This document shows positions 25,352 to 37,405 of a stretch of DNA of 56,808 nucleotides, one piece after another. The first letter of the stretch is position 1, and each line of letters starts with the position of its first letter. This stretch comes from Octopus bimaculoides (Eukaryota): assembly GCF_001194135.2 (NCBI RefSeq), contig NC_068987.1, positions 102,690,351-102,747,158 of the forward strand, given 5' to 3'. A program made the position numbers and the translations under genes. The notes below the pieces were generated by a model that worked only from the letters and a program-made list of their open reading frames with translations, did not search any database and was not told the origin of the DNA.

Positions 25352-25485
25352 AGAAATAGTAAAGGAATCGATTATTATATCCATAGGCGGAGAGTTTTAG
25401 TATGAAGTGATAGTGAGTGTGATGCGCTGAAAAAAGAAAAAACTCTCCGCCTATGGATATAATAATCGATTCCTTTACTATTTCT

Positions 25486-25534
25486 GTCTCCGATGAAGGG
25501 AAATACTGGATCTTCCCAGAAACAGCTGTAAGAC
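25486..25534 (+). ncRNA. Minimal type I hammerhead-ribozyme-like motif (right arm)
   Basis: GTCT-CCGATGA-A-GGGAA-ATACTGGATC-TTCCC-A-GAAA-CAGCTG-TA|AGAC. Helix I GTCT/AGAC, helix II GGGAA/TTCCC, palindromic ACAGCTGT helix III, GUA site, U4->C. Confidence 0.55.
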
Positions 25535-25669
25535 TCTATCTATAAAATACATTTCCAACCTTACCATTGCTCTCTTTATCTTTTTATATATTTACATATG
25601 CACACACTAATACACGACTTATAATCCCCAATCCTACAACGAAGGAGTCGGTGATTGGACAGTAATCCA

Positions 25670-25810
25670 CTAATTTGGCAAACCAAAATAAACAAAGACC
25701 GATACAATAAGTACTAGGCTTCCGAAGCAGAAGTCGTGGGATCGATTTGCACGACAAAAAGGTGGTGCTCCAGCATGGCCGCAGTCAAATGACTGAAACA
25801 AATAAAAGAA
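25670..25810 (+). mobile_element. SINE type B 3' fragment
   Basis: GACCGATACAATAAGTACTAGGC...GGTGCTCCAGCATGGCCGCAGTCAAATGACTGAAAC, as in 44330-44674. Confidence 0.75.
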
Positions 25811-25989
25811 CGCTGCTTTATACTTCAATGAATTTCGAAACTGTAAGCTGTGTCTAACTAAAATGTTTCATTTCCTAATGGTCTCATCGATATCGCTTGA
25901 TATGAAATCAGTGATGTTTTCTCGTTGTCATAGCGAAATTTAGTCCATCGCAAGAATATCTGTGGTTACAACGAATAGTTCTTTCTTGA

Positions 25990-26650
25990 GAACTGCAATC
26001 TGAAATGAATGACTTTTCTTGCAATATAGCTGTCAAGCTCCCAAGAATAATATGCTTAGTCTGTTACACATTTGACCACATACATAAGCGCACCTATTTC
26101 AAGGATATTCTAATACGATAACTGAATATTTGTTTCCATTCGAATATCACCAAACCAGAATGTGAGAATGTATTTCACGCGCTTCTTTATCAAGTGTAAT
26201 ATCATGAAATACAATCTTTTATATCTGGAGCTTTACTTACTTTCTGGATACTTTTTGTTCCCTCGACAAACGCGTACCACACCATACATATATGTTACGT
26301 TCAGAGTGAGTCAGTGTTTTTTTCGGTCATTTTAGATATACATCACCCAGTCATGGTGCCTGCAACTGCTACACTTTGTTAAGATAAACAAGTATCTGTC
26401 GCAATGATCACTAGCCGTGTTCGAGGTAAATACTTACTGGAATATCTAGAATTCAAACGAAATGGCCAATATTCCATGTTTATTTTGTGCGGTATTTTTG
26501 AGCACCAATTTCATGGCATTGACAATCTGCTGAATTATTGAGCACGCTCGTGAGTAAATATCACGCTTAGAAGAGCGAAAAATTGTATTGTCCATGCGTA
26601 TGCATCTACTATATTGTGTATGTGTGCCAGTTTCTTGATTATAATTCGCC
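25990..26650 (-). mobile_element. Possible very old R4-like LINE 3' remnant
   Basis: Minus-strand RHHDWV (RHD-like) and HIILGSLTAI (PIIIGALG-like) in the expected order; weak. Confidence 0.3.
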
Positions 26651-27189
26651 AACTGTGCATTCTGTTGACTTTTCTCATAACATTTCCAAAACGTTCATTA
26701 TACTTCAGTTGTATATACGTTTACATTTAGATGCATGTGTGTATGTCTGTGTGTGAGCGTGCGTATTCCTGTGCGTGTGTGTGCGCATGAGTGTTCGTCT
26801 CAAGAGTAGCTATCAATAGTTCAAAGAAAGAGGACAAGGAGAATTCTCGCTGAAATACCTGGATGTCCTGCCAGGAAAATTATTGTAAACAGTCCATATT
26901 TTCATTTTGTAGAATATTTGAGGTCCATTCTTCTGTTTTGTTCAATTGTCTTAAAGTCATAGCTAATATTGTTGAGCACTCTCAGGGGTTAGTAATTCGT
27001 TTGAAATTATTACGCCTAGGTAAGTGTGTATCTTTCTCTCTAGACTCCTACCTACCTGCTTACCTACCTACCTACATACATACATACATACATACATACA
27101 TAATACCTACCTACCTACCTACCTACCTACCAACCTACCTCCCTTTATCTATCCATCTATCTATCTATCTAAACACAAACACACACATC

Positions 27190-27257
<68 letters not shown>

Positions 27258-27260
<3 letters not shown>

Positions 27261-27440
27261 GAGAATGTACGAAAAAACAACAACAGACGAGGACAGGTGG
27301 TGTAAATAACAAAAGGATGTATTAGTATGACGCTCGGGAATACAGAAAGTCTTTGACGTTTCGAGCTACGCTCTTCAACAGAAAGAATACGGAGACAAGG
27401 AGAAAAACACGGAGAAAAGAAATTGAATAGTGTTCAGTCA
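27258..27440 (-). mobile_element. Short non-coding element carrying an HHR-like fold (CUGUUGA core) at 27350-27386; 3' end abuts (TA)n
   Basis: Minus strand: TCTTT-CTGTTGA-A-GAGC-GTA-GCTC-GAAA-CG-TC|AAAGA. 5-bp helix I, 4-bp helix II, ACGT helix III. Confidence 0.5.
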
Positions 27441-27611
27441 ACGGTCAATCACGCATATATAACTATGTGCGTGTGCGTATTTAAGTGTGTATATGTGTGT
27501 TTGTGTCTGTGCGACAAGTCTTACGTTTATATGTACATGTCGACATGTATATATCACAGACATGTGCGCACCGTCACGGACATTCTCTCCCCCTTCTCTC
27601 TCTATCTGTGT

Positions 27612-27653
<42 letters not shown>

Positions 27654-28622
27654 TCCTCTCTCCCTCTCTCTCTCTTTCTTTCTCCCTTTCTACCTCCTTC
27701 TCTCTCTTCACCACACACATGCATATCATTCTGTTCATTTATTTATAGCTGGACATTAGTAAACATGGAGCACATCTGAAATTTACCGGTTTTGCAATTG
27801 AATACACCCACATCTACTCCAAACCAACTGACATGTGTGCGATAACTTTTCTTTCTGCCAAAATAGTGTATTATACAAATATAAAATATCAGAGTATGTC
27901 AGACTTCTGTCCTCGACCAGTATCTTTTCTGGATTCATTTGTTTCTTTTCTCATTCTTTCTTTTATCCTTCCTTCCTTCCTTCCTTCCTTCCTTCCTTCC
28001 TTCCTTCCTTCCTTCCTTCATTTTTTCTTCCTTCTTTTTATTTGCCTCATTCTGCCATATTTCAAGAAGATATATTTTTCATGTTCTTTTTTTCCCCTGT
28101 TCATCATTTTGAGCAAACACGCTCTGTTCTTGTCATTGATTCCAAGCATATATTATGCGATTTAGAGAGACTTCCACGCTGTCTGTAGACATACACCATC
28201 CTTGTTCTGTCAGGAATTTATTTCAATCGTTGTTTGTTCTCATTGACTTTGGTCGTGTTCTTCACTTCCCTGCTCTTGTTTTTCGCTTGCTAGTTATTTA
28301 TTATTTTTTTTTCTTTATCCTTAGTTTCAATTCCTTGCTTTTCCAATGTCAGATTTTTTGTGGACATATCCAAGCATTTGAGGGAGTGTGTGTGTGTGTG
28401 TGAGTGCGTGTGAGTATGTGCGCGCGCGCACAGAGTTGTACGCATGTGTTAGGAAGAGTGGTTTTCTTTGCTTGATTCTACGCTGCGTCGTCAAAGTCTG
28501 TGTACATACATCTGTATGAGGATCTCTGTGTCTGCCTTTATATGTATTTATCTCTTTGTCTATCTGTCTGTATATGTGTGTGTATATGTGTGTGATCATA
28601 TGCTTGTGTGTATATGTATCTT

Positions 28623-28657
<35 letters not shown>

Positions 28658-29007
28658 NNNNNNNNNNNNNNNNNNNNNNNNNNNNNNNNNNNNNNNNNNN
28701 NNNNNNNNNNNNNNNNNNNNNNNNNNNNNNNNNNNNNNNNNNNNNNNNNNNNNNNNNNNNNNNNNNNNNNNNNNNNNNNNNNNNNNNNNNNNNNNNNNNN
28801 NNNNNNNNNNNNNNNNNNNNNNNNNNNNNNNNNNNNNNNNNNNNNNNNNNNNNNNNNNNNNNNNNNNNNNNNNNNNNNNNNNNNNNNNNNNNNNNNNNNN
28901 NNNNNNNNNNNNNNNNNNNNNNNNNNNNNNNNNNNNNNNNNNNNNNNNNNNNNNNNNNNNNNNNNNNNNNNNNNNNNNNNNNNNNNNNNNNNNNNNNNNN
29001 NNNNNNN

Positions 29008-29041
<34 letters not shown>

Positions 29042-29349
29042 GTATATATATGTATGCATGTACGTATGTATGTGAGTGTGTACACCCTATGGACAAATAC
29101 ATGGATACGTAGTTGTGTGTATACATGTGTATATAAGCTTGTATGTATATACATTTATACCCACGCATGTGTGTTTGTAATTCTTCTCATGTGCCTACGT
29201 ATTACTGCATAGGTGTGTATATAGTTGTGTGTTCAAATATTTCTATGAATGTCTCAATATGCCACCGTGCACGCATGTATATATTATAATCCAATAATCT
29301 ATTCATGACTCAAGTTAGTTGTAAGTTGGTTAATCCTCAATATTAATAG

Positions 29350-30080
29350 TCATTGTCATGACGTGTTATTGTTAGTTTTGTTCTTGTCATTGCTGTTATT
29401 TAGACATTGTTTTTGCTGCTACCACTACATCACTTGCTACTGTAGTCTCCACTGCTACTGTAGACACCACTGCTACTGCTCCTGTTATTTTTTTTGTTCT
29501 CCTTCTACAGCTACAGAAACTACTGCTGCCAGTACTACTCCCGCTGTTGTCATTTCTACTTCTACTGTTCTTCTTGTTGTTCCTATCACTGCAGTAGTAA
29601 CTACTGCTGTTACACACTGCTAATGCTGTTGCAATCTACGCTACTGTAATCACTACTGCTATCTTATTCTACTGCTTCTGCTGTTTCTTCTGCTACCGCT
29701 GCTGCTATTTCTACTATTACTACTGCAGTATCAACTGTTGTTGTATACCGCTGCTTGTGCTGTTGTTACCTATACTACTGTAATCACTAATGGTACATAT
29801 TCTACTGCCGCTGGTGCTATTTCTCCTATAACTACTGCAGTTTCTACTGCTCTTGTTACAACTGCTGTGGTTACAACTTACACTGTCGTTATTTTTTGTT
29901 ATTTCTTCCACCATGGCCGCCATTGCAGCTCCTGCTTCTATTTCAGCTACAACTGCTACTTCTACTGCTAACACTGTTCTTTCTACTGCTGCTGTTCATG
30001 TAACCATTATTGTTACTATTGCTACTGCTGTAAGTACAGCGTTTAATATGGCTGCCTTTGAAAATACTGATTCAGTTGTT

Positions 30081-30147
<67 letters not shown>

Positions 30148-30305
30148 NNNNNNNNNNNNNNNNNNNNNNNNNNNNNNNNNNNNNNNNNNNNNNNNNNNNN
30201 NNNNNNNNNNNNNNNNNNNNNNNNNNNNNNNNNNNNNNNNNNNNNNNNNNNNNNNNNNNNNNNNNNNNNNNNNNNNNNNNNNNNNNNNNNNNNNNNNNNN
30301 NNNNN

Positions 30306-30351
<46 letters not shown>

Positions 30352-32020
30352 GTATGTGTGTGTGTGCATATATCTTTTACCGTCTGGTCAGAAAACGAAA
30401 GGCAATATCTATTATCTATGACACTTTAGGTTTCTAAATGTCTTTAAAACTTGCAGCAGGGAGAAAGCAATTTATGGACAAATTAGAGACGTGGCCCAAG
30501 AGCTTACAACAGGGTGAAGACTGCTAAAAACTACTCCAAAACTAAATGGTAAACTTAAAAGAGGTGACGGGTTACGTTCACCTCTGCTGTTGCTATGGCT
30601 ACTGTGACTGTCAAAACTACTTCCGCTGCTGCTACTGACACTCTTGCGGTCACTACTGCTGCTGTTACTACCGTTGTGAGCACCGCTGCTGTTCTTAATA
30701 TTACTGCAGTTGTTATTACTACTGCTGCGTTAAGACGGCGAGGTGGCAGAATCGTTAGCACTGCTTAACGACATTTCGTCTGACAATACCTTGTGAGTAC
30801 TGAGTTCAAATACTGCCGAGGTCGACTTTGTCTTTTAACCTTTTGGGCTCGATAAGTAGCAGTGGAGCACTGGGACCGATTTAATCGACTTAACCGCTAC
30901 TTCAAAATTATTGGCATTTAACCAAAATTTCAGGCCATTATTATTACCGCTACATCGGCTGTTATTGACTACATTCGCTACGATAGGCTGTGTGCGTTAC
31001 TGTACCCCCGCCCTCCGCTGCTGCTGTCCTACTACTGCTGCAGTTACCTCTACTTCTACTGCTGTTGTTACAAAGGCTGCTTCTATTGTAGTTGTTGCTG
31101 TTATTACTACTGCTAATATTTCCGCTGCTGGGGCTGCTGTTGCTACTACTATAACTACTGCTGCTGACACTACTACCGCAGTATATATTAGCGTTGCTGA
31201 TATTTCTACTGTTACTGTTACAGCTACTGGTGATGCTGTTTCTGAATACCTCCTAATATCGTTGTTTCTTCTGTTGATTTAGCTACTATTTCTACAAATC
31301 GATTCACCGAAGGAATCATTGCATCGTCATCAAACTGCCAGCAGGTTTCAGCCAAAGCTTCTTCATATCATATCCTACCATAACCGTCTTAAAAAAATAA
31401 AAGCTATACTGGTTAAAGTACTCATAAACACACTACGCCTCATAAAAATGCCGAGATTGATTACATCCAAAGAGATTTTAATAATACATAAGCAAATCGG
31501 GCGTGACGTGGAGATTAAAGAACCTTTACCAAATTCTGTATTAGTTGCTCCGATTAATGATGCTACTGCTAGCGTTATTGTTATTGTCTCTGCCTTTTTC
31601 CCCACTATAACTGCTAATACTACTGCCACTTCTATTGCTCCTTCTATTGTGGTTGCTACTACTGCCTCTACAATTGCTGCTAATTCTAGTTTCGTTGCTA
31701 CCCTATTGCTGCTGTTACTACTGTCAATTTTATTGTTGATAATCAAGCTACATCTCCACTATCTTATTACTGCTGCTGTGACAACTACCCTGATTGTAGC
31801 TACTGCTTCTACTCAAACTACTACTACTACTGCTTCTAATATTGCTACTGCTACTACTAACTCGACTAATGCACCCATAAGTATTGCAACGATTAACGCT
31901 ATAGTTACTATTGATTCTACTGTTGCTATTGATATTGTTACTATTACTACACCAAAATTACTGCTGCTGCTACAATCATTACAACGGCTACTACAGTTGT
32001 ATTGATGTTTCTGCGACTAC
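29350..32020. repeat. Extended cryptically simple (ACT/GCT/GTT)-periodic low-complexity region, interrupted by SSRs and a SINE
   Basis: Degenerate triplet periodicity at 29350-30060, 30570-30730, 30960-31290 and 31540-32020. Confidence 0.8.
30737..30935 (+). mobile_element. SINE type C
   Basis: GACGGCGAGGTGGCAGAATCGTTAGCA...GAGTTCAAATACTGCCGAGGTCGACTTTG...AAATTTTCAGGCC. Confidence 0.75.
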
Positions 32021-33084
32021 TATCCCTTGCTCTCCAAAACTGCAATCTTTTAGCACTAACTCTGCGTCCACGCAATAATTGAGATTAAGCACACATGCAG
32101 TAAACGATTTCACCAACCATATCAACGCCAGAAGGCCGGCAAAAGGAGGTGGGCACTATCTCATCTCCACTGATTCCTTCATTGTCAAGAAATAGATGCG
32201 CTCCAATTTCCCATAATGGTATAACACCAATGATCAAATGTTTAAATGTTTGTAGTATTTTGATGTGATTTCTATTGCAGATGTTGTAATCGTTGTTTTT
32301 GATGTGGCTGATGTTGTTATGTTTATCCCTGGTTCAGACCTTACCGAACAGAACTATGATCGTGCTCTGATATTTCCGTCTCTTCCTATGGGCAGGGTGT
32401 TCAGGAAACTATTGTCCAATGCATTCACCTCTCAGACGAAGTGTACTATCCACGACGGTTTCTAGAGATTTGATGAAGATTTGATGGCGATTTAGCTGCT
32501 TTCTCAGGTAGAATGAAATACCATATAGGTTCCCATCTCTGGCTTCAACTTCAGTATTGAACCTCAGAGATAAATCTAATAAACACAGTATTATTTTACA
32601 AGTCACCCCACTTTCATCACAGCTCTGCAAATACTTCAACAAAGGTAATCTCATTTAACTTATTGATTCAGTTTACTAATGTCTATGGGCGATTTTATGT
32701 TATTCCTTCATATTTTTGTTAGTAATGTTACTGCAACTTTCCCTACATCAAATTATTATCCTTAGAATCATGCTTGTCCATGCTAGTCCGAAAAGTGATC
32801 CTCGCGATTTCGGCATTCATACAGAATATTACAATATCATAATGTTATTATTATTATTATTATCATTACGAAAAAAATATTATGAATAAATGAATTAAAT
32901 TATAGTAGGATTATATTAACAATTTCTACTATTCCGAGAAGTGAATCTGAGATTTTATGTTAGCATTGCAGACAATTACATCGTAGTGGAGCCATTGCAA
33001 TCGTTAAAAACGCGGTTAACTGTTATAGTCAGCTCTATTTAATTCTTACTGCTACTACTGCAACTAACGATTCTGCCTGCTCGT

Positions 33085-33340
33085 CACCTTAGTAATAAAC
33101 CTTTCTACGATAGGCACAAGGCCTGAAATTGTGGTGGGGGGGGAGGCTAATAGATTACATCGGCCTCAGTGATTTACTGATACTTAATTTATCGACCTCC
33201 CAAAAGGATGAAAAGCAAAGTCGAGCTAGGCGGGATTTGAACTCAGATCATAATGATGGACAAAATGCGAGTAAGCATTTTGCCCGGCGTGCTAGAAATT
33301 TTGCCGATTCGCTGCCTTCTTAGTAATAGTAATAATAATG

Positions 33341-33386
<46 letters not shown>

Positions 33387-33790
33387 TGATGATAATAACG
33401 TTGACTTCAAATTTTGGTACAAGGCTAGCAAGTTTGGTACAAGTCGATTAGATTGGGGGATGGTTTAAGTCGATTAGACCCCGAGAGGATAAAAGTCAAA
33501 CTTGACGTCAGTGGAATTTAAACTCAGAGTATAAAGAAGAAGAAGAAGAAGAAGAAGAAGAAGAAGAAGAAGAAGAAGAAGAAGAAGAAGAAGAAGAAGA
33601 AGAAGAAGAAGAAGAAGAAGAAGAAGAAGAATCCGTTCTCCTATAGGCACAAGGCCTGAAATTTGGTGGGGAGGAACGTAATCGATTAAATCCACCCCAG
33701 TGTTTCGGTGGTACTTAATTTATCGATGCCGAAAGGATGACAGGTAAAGTTGACCTCGGTGAACGTAAGGACGGACAAAATGCTGCCAAG
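33085..33790 (-). mobile_element. Three SINE type C copies head-to-tail, separated by their SSR tails ((AAT)n 33321-33398, (GAA)n 33533-33630)
   Basis: Three successive reverse-complement copies at ~33100-33320, ~33400-33532 and ~33631-33790. Confidence 0.75.
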
Positions 33791-34130
33791 CGTGAATATA
33801 TGAATGTATGTATGTATGCATGTATGTATGACATTGTTCACTTTTATTTCGAGATTTCTTGCCAATAGAGAAAGAGCCGGTTTCTAACCAACATCCAAGG
33901 CTCCTTCATTGGGATTTCAACATTAATGACAGGGCATTTTTATCTGTTTGTATATATGTATGTATGTATATTACAGATTTGTATTTTTGTTTTATGCATG
34001 TATTCTCATGCATATAGTTGCATATATATAAACATGCTCATATAAATATATATACACAGAAAGAGACCTCGATATTATGTAAATACAGGAATTTATCAGT
34101 AAAAATATGTGACAATTATTCGGTAGCCAT

Positions 34131-34257
34131 GATAAAACTCCGAGTTTCGCATGCCGGGGCAGAAACCCACGCTGCCATCTCTTCAATTGTCAATGGCCAG
34201 ATAACTGATGATATGGCATCGTGGGTTTCTGTCCCGGCATACGAAACTCGGAGTTTT
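34131..34257. repeat. Inverted repeat (34131-34191 / 34200-34257, 8-bp spacer); each arm is one HHR-like unit
   Basis: 7 mismatches over 58 aligned bp and no indels; right arm truncated by a 10-N gap. Confidence 0.95.
34200..34257 (+). ncRNA. Type I hammerhead-ribozyme-like motif with canonical CUGAUGA...GAAA core
   Basis: GATAA-CTGATGA(34205-34211)-TATG..GGG/CCC..CATAC-GAAA(34243-34246)-CTCGGAG-TT|TT. Helix III ACT/AGT. The left arm shows the 3' helix I strand is TTATC, complementary to GATAA. Confidence 0.6.
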
Positions 34258-34943
34258 NNNNNNNNNNTTTAAAGTATAAACTTCAGGAAAGGCTTTCAAA
34301 TTTTCATAGTGACAGTTTGGATCTGTAGTCTTTGTAAATAATTAAATAAATATAATTATAATGTATGTATGTATGTATGTATGTATGTATGTATGTATGT
34401 ATGTATGTATGTATGGTTGTATGGTTCAAATGAACTTGCATCTGAACTTGTTACCACGTGTAGGATACCGACGCTACTTGTGAAAGACGAGCAGCAATGG
34501 AGGATGTAGCTCTTCGGGTGTCCTAGAGATTCGTGTTTACTACCAGCTACACAAGACCTGCCATGTCCGAAACGAGGAAGGAAGCAACTGGAGTGGTTAT
34601 AATTTATCGCATGAAATCCGTCACCACCACCAACCGAATGGACGAGATCAATCTAAGGGTTCTATTTCAAAGTATTCTTTTCCTAAACAGATATTCTCCG
34701 AAGTGGTCATAAGAAATATATGCTGTCACTATCTTGCTTATATCTATACCTGCGCTCCCTATTTTTAGAAATGTGTTAAACCTATGATTAGTCCAACATA
34801 AATGAACAGGCTTTATTCATTATGAATAATTCCATGCATGATAAACTTCTTATAATCACAAGCTGACAACAATAGATACCCGTACACACATACACAAGAT
34901 ACATACCCGCAAACTTATAGTTATGATCTATACTAGGGTTAGT

Positions 34944-35330
34944 GGAGGTGCAATAGCCCAGTGGTTAGGGCAGTGGACTCGCGGTCATAGGATCGCGGTT
35001 TCGATTCCCAGACCGGGCGTTGTGAGTGTTTATTGAGCGAAAACACCTAAGGTTCCACGGGGATCCGGCAGGGGATGGTGGCGAACCCTGCTGTACTCTT
35101 TCACCACAACTTTCTCTCACTCTTACTTGCTGTTTCTGTTGTGCCTGTAATTCAAAGGGTCAGCCTTGTCACACTGTGTCACGCTGAATATCCCCGAGCA
35201 CTACGTTAAGTGTACACGTGTTTGTTGAGTGCTCAGCCACTTGCACGTTAATTTCACGAGCAGGCTGTTCGGTTGATCGGATCAACTGGAACCCTTGACG
35301 TCGTAAGCGACGGAGTGCCAACAACAACAA
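34944..35330 (+). mobile_element. SINE type A, full length, (CAA)n tail
   Basis: A and B boxes, body near-identical to 54637-55027, ends GCCAACAACAACAA. Confidence 0.9.
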
Positions 35331-35677
35331 TAACGGGGTTAATTCTTGGTTCCTATCATTGCTCAATCCGTAAACTTCCCCTGAGAGACTCCTGAACAAC
35401 AGACTGGTAATGCCAGGTGGTCAACTTTGTGGTGTTGAATAATTGCAGGCTAATATTCATCACTTCTCGCTTAACACCATTGATGCTGTCATAATGAATG
35501 AACTGGTAAATTTATTGACACAGTAAGAATTTTCGTGTTAATTTTATTTGTTGTTCCTGGCAACAAAGTATCTAACTAACCTCAAATGATATCCGGCAAT
35601 GTATCTGTTATCCTTCACTTGTCTCGGCCCTTCGACTTTGTTCATGCTAGGGCAAGTTCTTGCAATGTTTAAGTCCA

Positions 35678-35828
35678 ACAGTGACTGGTGTGTGGTAAGA
35701 CGTTAGCTTTCAATTCATATGGTTCTGGGTTCAGTCCCACCGTAGGACACCTTGTGTAAATGTCTTCTACTAAAGCCTCGGGCCGGCCAGAGCATGATGA
35801 GTGGATATGGTAGAAAGAAACCATTTGT

Positions 35829-35860
<32 letters not shown>

Positions 35861-36076
35861 ACCCACACGCACGCACACACACGCACGCACACACACACAC
35901 AAACGCATACACTCACATACACACCTACACGGACGCACATACACTTACACTCGCACACACATACACTCACACAAGCACACATACACACACAGACACTCAC
36001 ACATACACAGACACACATGCACGGACGCGCGCGCACACACACACATGCACGGACGCGCGCGCACACACACACATGC

Positions 36077-36110
<34 letters not shown>

Positions 36111-36370
36111 GTATGCATGTATGTATGTATCTGTGTTTTTGAGTCTGCGTTTGACCCCCACCACCGTTTGACAACTGGTGTAGTTGGTATGTTCATATCC
36201 CCCGTATCTTTGCAGTTCTGAAGAAGACTGATAGAATAAGTATCAGGCTTAAAAAGGAAAATAAGTACCGGAGCCGATCCTTTCGACTACAAATTCTTCA
36301 ATGTGGTGTTCCAGCATGACCGCAGTCTAACGACTGAAACAAGTGTGAGATAAAAGGTAAAAGATAAAAG
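35678..36370 (+). mobile_element. SINE type B with ~300-bp internal (CA)n/(TA)n/(TATG)n expansion
   Basis: GGTTCTGGGTTCAGTCCCACCG...CACCTTG head; SSR 35828-36130; 3' CCAGCATGACCGCAG...CTGAAACAAG. Confidence 0.8.
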
Positions 36371-37300
36371 ACGACAAAATCCCCCAATCACCTCTAAGCA
36401 ATCAATCCAAGCTAGAATGTTATTAGAAAAATCAACCATCTGTGACTGTTCAGTGCAACTAATTTAATTAATTTCGACTCTCAAAATTTATAGGTTTATT
36501 GGGTAGTACAGTATAGAGTAAGTAGGAGCATTATAACCAATGTTTATGAGGTTTATTTCGCAATCCTGATATAGAGGTTTCGATTCTTCTACCTGGAATC
36601 TTAGGCAAAGGTCATTTCCTATAATCTCGGTTCGGTGCATATCTGCAGTGAGTGAGATTATGTAGGTGGCTATTTGAGGAAATGCATCTGCAACTCAAAT
36701 GTACCATGCTGATTTCAACTCAGACATATTTTAGGTAAACCTGCCTGTGGAATACTCTGGTAGCCAATTAATTCGATAAACTTGGTAATTAAGCGGATCA
36801 AACTTTAAACTCATGGTCGAAAACTCCGCCCGGAAATCATATCATAACATCGAAAACCAATACTCATATACATACGTACATACATACATGCATACATACA
36901 TACATACATACGTATATAAATTCTTGTATATATGTATGTGTATGCATATGTACATAATGAATATTCAGCGTTGTGCTGAAAGTCAACAAAAATTCATGAT
37001 GACGGAATTTACTGTAGGTGGAACTCTGTATAATGAAATTTATTACTTACTCATATTAGATCTAACTGGGACTTCGAACGGCAACTAAGCTGCTTATGCA
37101 AACGAACTTCTTTTAAGAAGCGCACTGCCAACATTTCTGGAATTACAGAGAGATAGATAATATATATATATATAATAGAAATATGTTACAAAAACAAAGT
37201 AGAAACTACATGTGGAGATGTAAAGGGAAAGTATGCAGAAAAATAAGCGAAAATGCACATTGGAAATCAAAAAGAAGGTACGGCCTTTTATGAAAAGTAA

Positions 37301-37341
<41 letters not shown>

Positions 37342-37405
37342 AAGATGAACTGAGGTAGGAATAAAGGTAATAAAAGTCATTATTGTGAGTTGTTAAAGAG
37401 ATTTA

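Larger units (their letters stand above)
25278..25559. repeat. Long inverted repeat: 121-bp arms (25278-25398 / 25439-25559), 40-bp spacer
   Basis: Arms are reverse complements with about 4 mismatches and no indels. Confidence 0.95.

Noticed and set aside
31319-32005. 228-aa mucin-like ORF
   Set aside because: Non-ATG start, built from low-complexity triplet DNA, with no splice or domain support.
33870-33920. Further HHR-like remnants (also ~14285-14320 and ~51460-51500)
   Set aside because: GAAA plus a palindrome is visible, but two or more essential core or cleavage-site bases and helix I are lost; too decayed to call.
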